Shown here in pieces: positions 59,208 to 64,000 of a stretch of 64,000 bases of DNA. Where the stretch lies: assembly GCA_905178155.1 (NCBI GenBank), contig CAJINV010000004.1, positions 7,632,771 to 7,696,770 of the forward strand, read 5' to 3'. Positions within the stretch are counted from its first letter, which is position 1. Each line of letters opens with the position of its first letter. The stretch is from Amoebophrya sp. A120 (lineage: Eukaryota; Protista; Dinoflagellata). Below the pieces are notes generated by a model. The model saw only the letters and a list, made by a program, of their open reading frames with translations. It was not told the DNA's origin and did no database searches. The position numbers and the translations under genes are program-made.

Positions 59208-59967
59208 GTCGGCTTCCAGCAAACCTGGACAGAGTAGAAGAGGACTACTACATGATGATGACGATCTTCCATTAGCTGGCTTTACAACAATTTTTGCTTC
59301 AGTACTGTTATTTATTTACACCGCCGGTGGCACTGGCAGGAGCCTTGTGTTGGTTTATTTCGTTTTCAACTTGAAAAGAATGGCAATGGCACTACGTCTT
59401 CATCTAAAAAACGCATTTTCTATTTTCTTGCGCCGAACCCGAAATAAAACGAAATCCATGCGAGTTGTGCTATACCTCCTGCAGCACCACTCGGCGAGGC
59501 CCCCAATGCGGGCTGGTCGCGCCGTAAAAACGCTCCTCTCGTCCCGGCTTTTTCTCCACCCTGCGCACTATCCAATGCGAAAATACTATGCAGAACAGGA
59601 AGTCGCGTGCCCTTTCTTAGTCAAAAAAACGCGTTAATACCTCTTTGCGTCACTGCATCCAGACACAGGCGGGAATAAATGCTCTCGTAGCTCCTTCCTG
59701 CTGATCGATTGTATAAAAATATTTTTGACACAATTATGGAGACAAATTCGACGCTGGCACGAGCCTCCAAGACTTCCATCTACTGTGCATTTTTTTATTC
59801 TGATACGTCGCTCCAAGCTCATACATCATTTCCTCCAGCCGGCTCGGCGCCTGATGTTGATCCGATAGCTTTACATTTTTTAAATAATTTTTCGTGAATT
59901 GATATATGATTTCTCGTCGTACTAAAACGTCTACAACTTCACAAAGCGGCAAATGCCAATTATGTTT

Positions 59968-62900
59968 CTAAGTGCCCGCACGATAAAAACATGTAGGTAG
60001 AGCTGCTACCTCGCTTGGTGGAAAGGCGGATGGAAGCATCCCAGAGAAAAAAAAACGCAGGCAGGGCATCTATCTTTGTAAAATGCAAAATGAAAGTAAG
60101 AGAAAGATCTGGTGCTGTCATGGGCGAATAAACCATAGCACGCTGATGTAGTTCTTTAGGAAATGTGATATAATTACAAGACTTGCATTTGTACTATTGT
60201 TTGTCTGTTCATTTTATTTTGCATTACAAATACGCCCTGGTGCCAATCGTTTTCTGTATGATAGGAAGAAATTGTCCGGCGCCGGCCTGTATTCGTTCCC
60301 CGTTGGAAAGGAAGCTGTCCTGCGAGACGGCGACTCCACCCATGCGGCTCGCACTGGCGCCTTATCAACTGCAAATAGTATGCGAGGGTCTGGAAGAGTG
60401 CACGGAAAACAAATGAAAATGGGGCCTTGTTCTTATGGCCATGCACCAGGACAGGTTTTGTGGCCTGATGTAGAATTCGCATGACACATTCGATGACTCC
60501 TTCCAGATCCAGACATATTTGCATTTGATACAACCTATCAAATGTAAAAGTGTCTGGGTCTGGAAGAGTGATGCTGTTTCTGCATGACACAGAAGGTCTG
60601 GCATGGAAGCTCTAGCATCACAGGTTTCGACAAGCTTCCGCAATGCCGAATCCGCATGACAAATACCCCATTTTGGTGACAGAAAGTGAGCAGCTTTTGC
60701 TGCCTATGCATCAGAGATTTTTGTGTGTTCTGAAATGCGCATCACAAGTTACATCCTTCCAGACCCAGACATATTTGCATTTGATACAACCCGCAACACC
60801 TGCGCGGACGATGCGGTGCTGGTGCCGGTAAATTGCCGGCTGACGCCGCCTATGCATTGCAAATACCGATCTGGGTCTGGAGGAGTGTTGCATGGTTTGT
60901 CATGCTTGTCAGGCATGGCTGAAGAGTTCTTTGTGATGCGTGTCCAAGAAGTCACCCTTTTGCTTGTCAAACAAAAAATGCACAGCCTGTCATGCGGAAA
61001 GGGAAAGAACCGAAACACTAAATCAGGCCGCGCAAATACTAATATCTCTCGTCATGCTTGGCGGTGCACTTCATCTTCCACAGAGTATTCACAATGAATT
61101 TTAATTTTTCACAACTCAGCATTACAAGTTTCCAGACCTAGAGGACATAGGTATTTGCCATGCATACCGCCGGACATGGTCGACATAAAACTACCCGAGG
61201 AGCTGTTGCGGTAAAAACGTTGCCCCAGCGTTGACATGTTCGCCGGCTCGGAGTAAACGCGGAGGTGCATCGTCGCATATCCGGTGCCTCCCCTGGCTCC
61301 CCGGGGCCTCTTCTTGCTGTATCCTGTGGAAAAACGTTTCCAACTCCCCAGAGTTGTCATGCAGATTTGCAACTACAGGAACAGTTGTAAAAATGTGCAT
61401 ACCCATGAGACGCATTTTCGGCCGTGTTTTGGAATTTGTAATTCTGTAAACAGGATAAGGAGCTAGCTTCGTGATGCGGCTGTGCTTGCTAATAGACTGC
61501 ACCACCATACAGCGAAGAACTTGTAATGCGTAACGCCCAAAACTTCTGGGTTTGTGTTGCTTTTTTTCCAACTTGACTCTGGGGTGGGGGCCCCGTAGTT
61601 TTCGCTGAGGATATGCTCCGCGTCCGCGTCATCTCGTCCCACTCGCACTCCCCGTCCGCGTAAGTCATCGCCTTTTGTTGAATACAAACGAGACAATGTT
61701 GCGTACAAATTACGACCACCTGCTGCTTGGGGTGGTGTTCAAGTTCATTCAATAACGCCAAGAACTCCATGAAATTTCGAAAAAATGTAAAAGCTACACA
61801 GAAAATAGAACCGCTTTCTAAAGTATCTTCTTTATCTACTTCAAAAAAGCACTACTAAATGCATAATACCGGCGACGTCAGAAATCGACCCGATTTATTT
61901 TTCCGTTATCAAAATGAAAAATCCCTCCTCCCCATATCAAAATGGAAGTCTGTGATGCGGGATTTGTGTACACAAATCATTTTGTCATGCTAGAAGGGAA
62001 AAAGTGCGGACTGTAGTTCTGTATGGCGTGGAAAAGCCTTGCAGCTACAGCATGACAGGAGGCAGGAGGAAGTGGGAAACAGCATGGCAAATTGCCTACA
62101 AACGAGGCCACGACTGCGTCGCTTGGCCTTCTAGCAATGCAAGTCGATTTGTGTACTCGAATACAGCATCACAAATTTCGTTTTTGATATGGGACGAGGG
62201 GGAATTTTTCCTTTTGATATCCGTGCCGCTTTCGCCACGCGATGGTCCTCGGGCATTCTGTAAGCGTGGCGGTGGTCATATCCCGACCCGGGTGTGGCTT
62301 CACGGCTCTCGGCGGCACTGGACCCCGGGCCGTGCTGACAGATGCCCCAGTCTTATCGTAAGGAAAAATCCCCCCTCCCCATATTCGAAAATTTGTGTTG
62401 CTGATTTGAGGCCACAAATCGCATATGTCTTGCACGAAGACAAGTGCAGCAGCTTCCCCCCTATTATGGACGCGATTTCTCATGCTGTGAAGCCTAAAGG
62501 GGAGCCGTTTGCCATGCTGAACAACTAGACCCATACGCCCCTACCTAGCCTGGGGATCTGGCCGCAATGCCTCTGTGCAATACAAAGCTGATTTGTGTAC
62601 GCAAATCCAGCATCACAAATTCCCTGTTCGATACGGGGTGGGGGGATTTTTCCTTTCGATAAGTCTTTCCGACTCCAGGCTGCAGCGTTGGCCGACCCGA
62701 ACTGGTCCTGGTGCGAAGAACTATCAAATGCAGTTGTGTCTGGGAGGTCTGGAAACTTGTAATGCTGGTTTGGGAATAGTGAATGCTCTGTGATGCACGG
62801 CCAAGCATGAGAAATTATGTCTGCGCTGCTTTAGTGTTGCGCTTTCCGCACGACAAACTGCGTTTTTGCATGACAAGCAAAAGGCTCTCTTCTTGGGCAC

Positions 62901-64000
62901 GCATCACAAACTTTTCAGTCATGCCAGACAAGCATGACAAACCTTGCATCCTTCCAGAGGACCCAGACATATTTGCAATGCATAAGAGCTGCCCGCACTC
63001 GAAATTTTCCGGAGGAGTTCGGTGTGCGCGCCGAAGTCCTCGACGACCCCGGCCCACGGAGGGGACAGCATCGGGTGGTCGCCAGGTGGATGCGGGCCGG
63101 TCGGCGGCGAGTATTACAGTGAAAAGTGCCCCCCACCCCCAAAGTTGCAAAAATTTGTGATGCGAAGTTTCCAAATGAAAACTTTTTGTCATGCATGAAA
63201 GGAGTACGAATCCTTCTGATGCAGAGTCTAGTCGTGTTTCGCATCGCTTGCATGACAAGCGCCGCTCTTGCTGGGATCTTTTGCAATACAAATTTTTGCT
63301 ATTCACGGTCGGAAATCTGTGATGCTGATACATGCAAGAGGGCGAATGTTTCATTTGGAAAGGTTTGCAATAAGTACAAATGCTTTCAAGTTCGGGGGTG
63401 GGGGCATTTTTCATTGTAATAGCGAGGTAGTGCTGTTCATTCGATGTTGTGAAGAGGAGGGCCCGGACAATAGCGCGAGGAAAAATCCCCCCTCCCCATA
63501 TTTTTGACAGGGTACGTTTTCGAAAATTTGCGTTGCTGATTTGTGGCTGTTTTGCAGAGTGCTGGTCCTCTGTGGCCACAAATCTGTCTTGCAGGAAGGC
63601 TTTGCAGAAGGCGTCCGCCGCATTATGCAAGCGGAGTCGGTATTAATACCGACTAATGGGAAAATAAATACAGCACGAACGTTTATTTTCATGCTAAGCG
63701 CCTAGGCCAAAAACCTCTCTACTATTAACTCAGGCGTACTATATGGGCCTGCAGAAGATGTCGTCCTCTCCAGCAACACAAATCTGATTTGTGTAGTACG
63801 CAAACTGAGCATCAGAAACTTCGTTTTGGTATGGGACAGATCTTTCCTTTTGATACCGTCTTCGGCCGAAACCGACCATTCGTCCTCCGTCGAGCTGGAG
63901 TCGTCATCGCCGTCACCGGAGTCATATCCCAGAGAAAAAAGCTGGCAGGTCATATTTGTAATGCCAAAATAAATACACAAAAAAATCTGTATTGCATAAT
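59968..64000 (-). CDS. 3' part of a hypothetical protein gene entering from the right end
   Basis: Open frames join across the introners from 61770 to a stop at 59968 and from ~63110 to ~61870. The junction near 61790-61870 is unresolved. Confidence 0.55.
60037..60263. mobile_element. Introner, family E (diverged)
   Basis: TSD GGAAG/GGAAG. Confidence 0.8.
60363..60530. mobile_element. Introner, family A (short, older; first of an abutting pair)
   Basis: Flanks CGCCT/CAACC. Confidence 0.8.
60536..60786. mobile_element. Introner, family A (second of an abutting pair)
   Basis: TSD CAACC/CAACC; inverted close relative of 38657-38907. Confidence 0.92.
60851..61166. mobile_element. Introner, family A (expanded)
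   Basis: TSD CCGCC/CCGCC. Confidence 0.88.
61320..61613. mobile_element. Introner, family B
   Basis: TSD TGCTG/TGCTC. Confidence 0.88.
61907..62219. mobile_element. Introner, family D
   Basis: TSD TCCGT/TCCGT. Confidence 0.92.
62354..62661. mobile_element. Introner, family D
   Basis: TSD AGTCT/AGTCT. Confidence 0.92.
62722..62984. mobile_element. Introner, family A
   Basis: TSD AGAAC/AGAGC; close to 21191-21443. Confidence 0.9.
63112..63421. mobile_element. Introner, family D2
   Basis: TSD GCGAG/GCGAG. Confidence 0.93.
63471..63855. mobile_element. Introner, family D (expanded, TSD unclear)
   Basis: Interior similar to 40651-40957. Confidence 0.7.
63925..64000. mobile_element. Introner, family E, cut by the window end
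   Basis: Left end TATCCCAGAGAAAAAAGCTGGCAGG. Confidence 0.85.

Noticed and set aside
8216-63855. Recurring short ORFs such as [22 protein letters not shown] and MQKCLGLE
   Set aside because: They are translations of the family-A TIR in different frames, not a protein family.

Overview
Eukaryotic (alveolate-like) genomic DNA, most consistent with the parasitic syndinian dinoflagellate Amoebophrya. That assignment is an inference from intron architecture, not from a marker gene. All recognisable genes lie on the minus strand: DRG1, RPLP0, a DUF285/BspA-like repeat protein, two tandem paralogous secreted proteins, a reconstructed 2,798-aa signal peptide-PAN/apple-kringle-TM protein spanning 20.3 kb, a membrane protein, several hypotheticals, and a 5'-truncated non-LTR retrotransposon. 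The dominant feature is about 77 MITE-like elements, mostly 145-320 bp, in at least 8 TIR families. They have TA...TA ends, terminal inverted repeats and 5-bp target-site duplications (TSDs), and they sit almost entirely inside coding sequence. Removing each element plus one TSD copy restores the reading frames of DRG1, RPLP0 and the giant gene exactly, usually with no GT-AG option. They therefore behave as non-canonical introns (introners) alongside ordinary GT-AG introns. Such introners have been reported in Amoebophrya. Details visible here that deserve follow-up: back-to-back elements with a zero-length exon, orientation-independent removal, a junction register inferred from TSD mismatches, a family-independent internal motif, apparently quantised exon and element lengths, and a 1.5-kb intergenic relative. 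Coordinates were read by hand and no searches were run.
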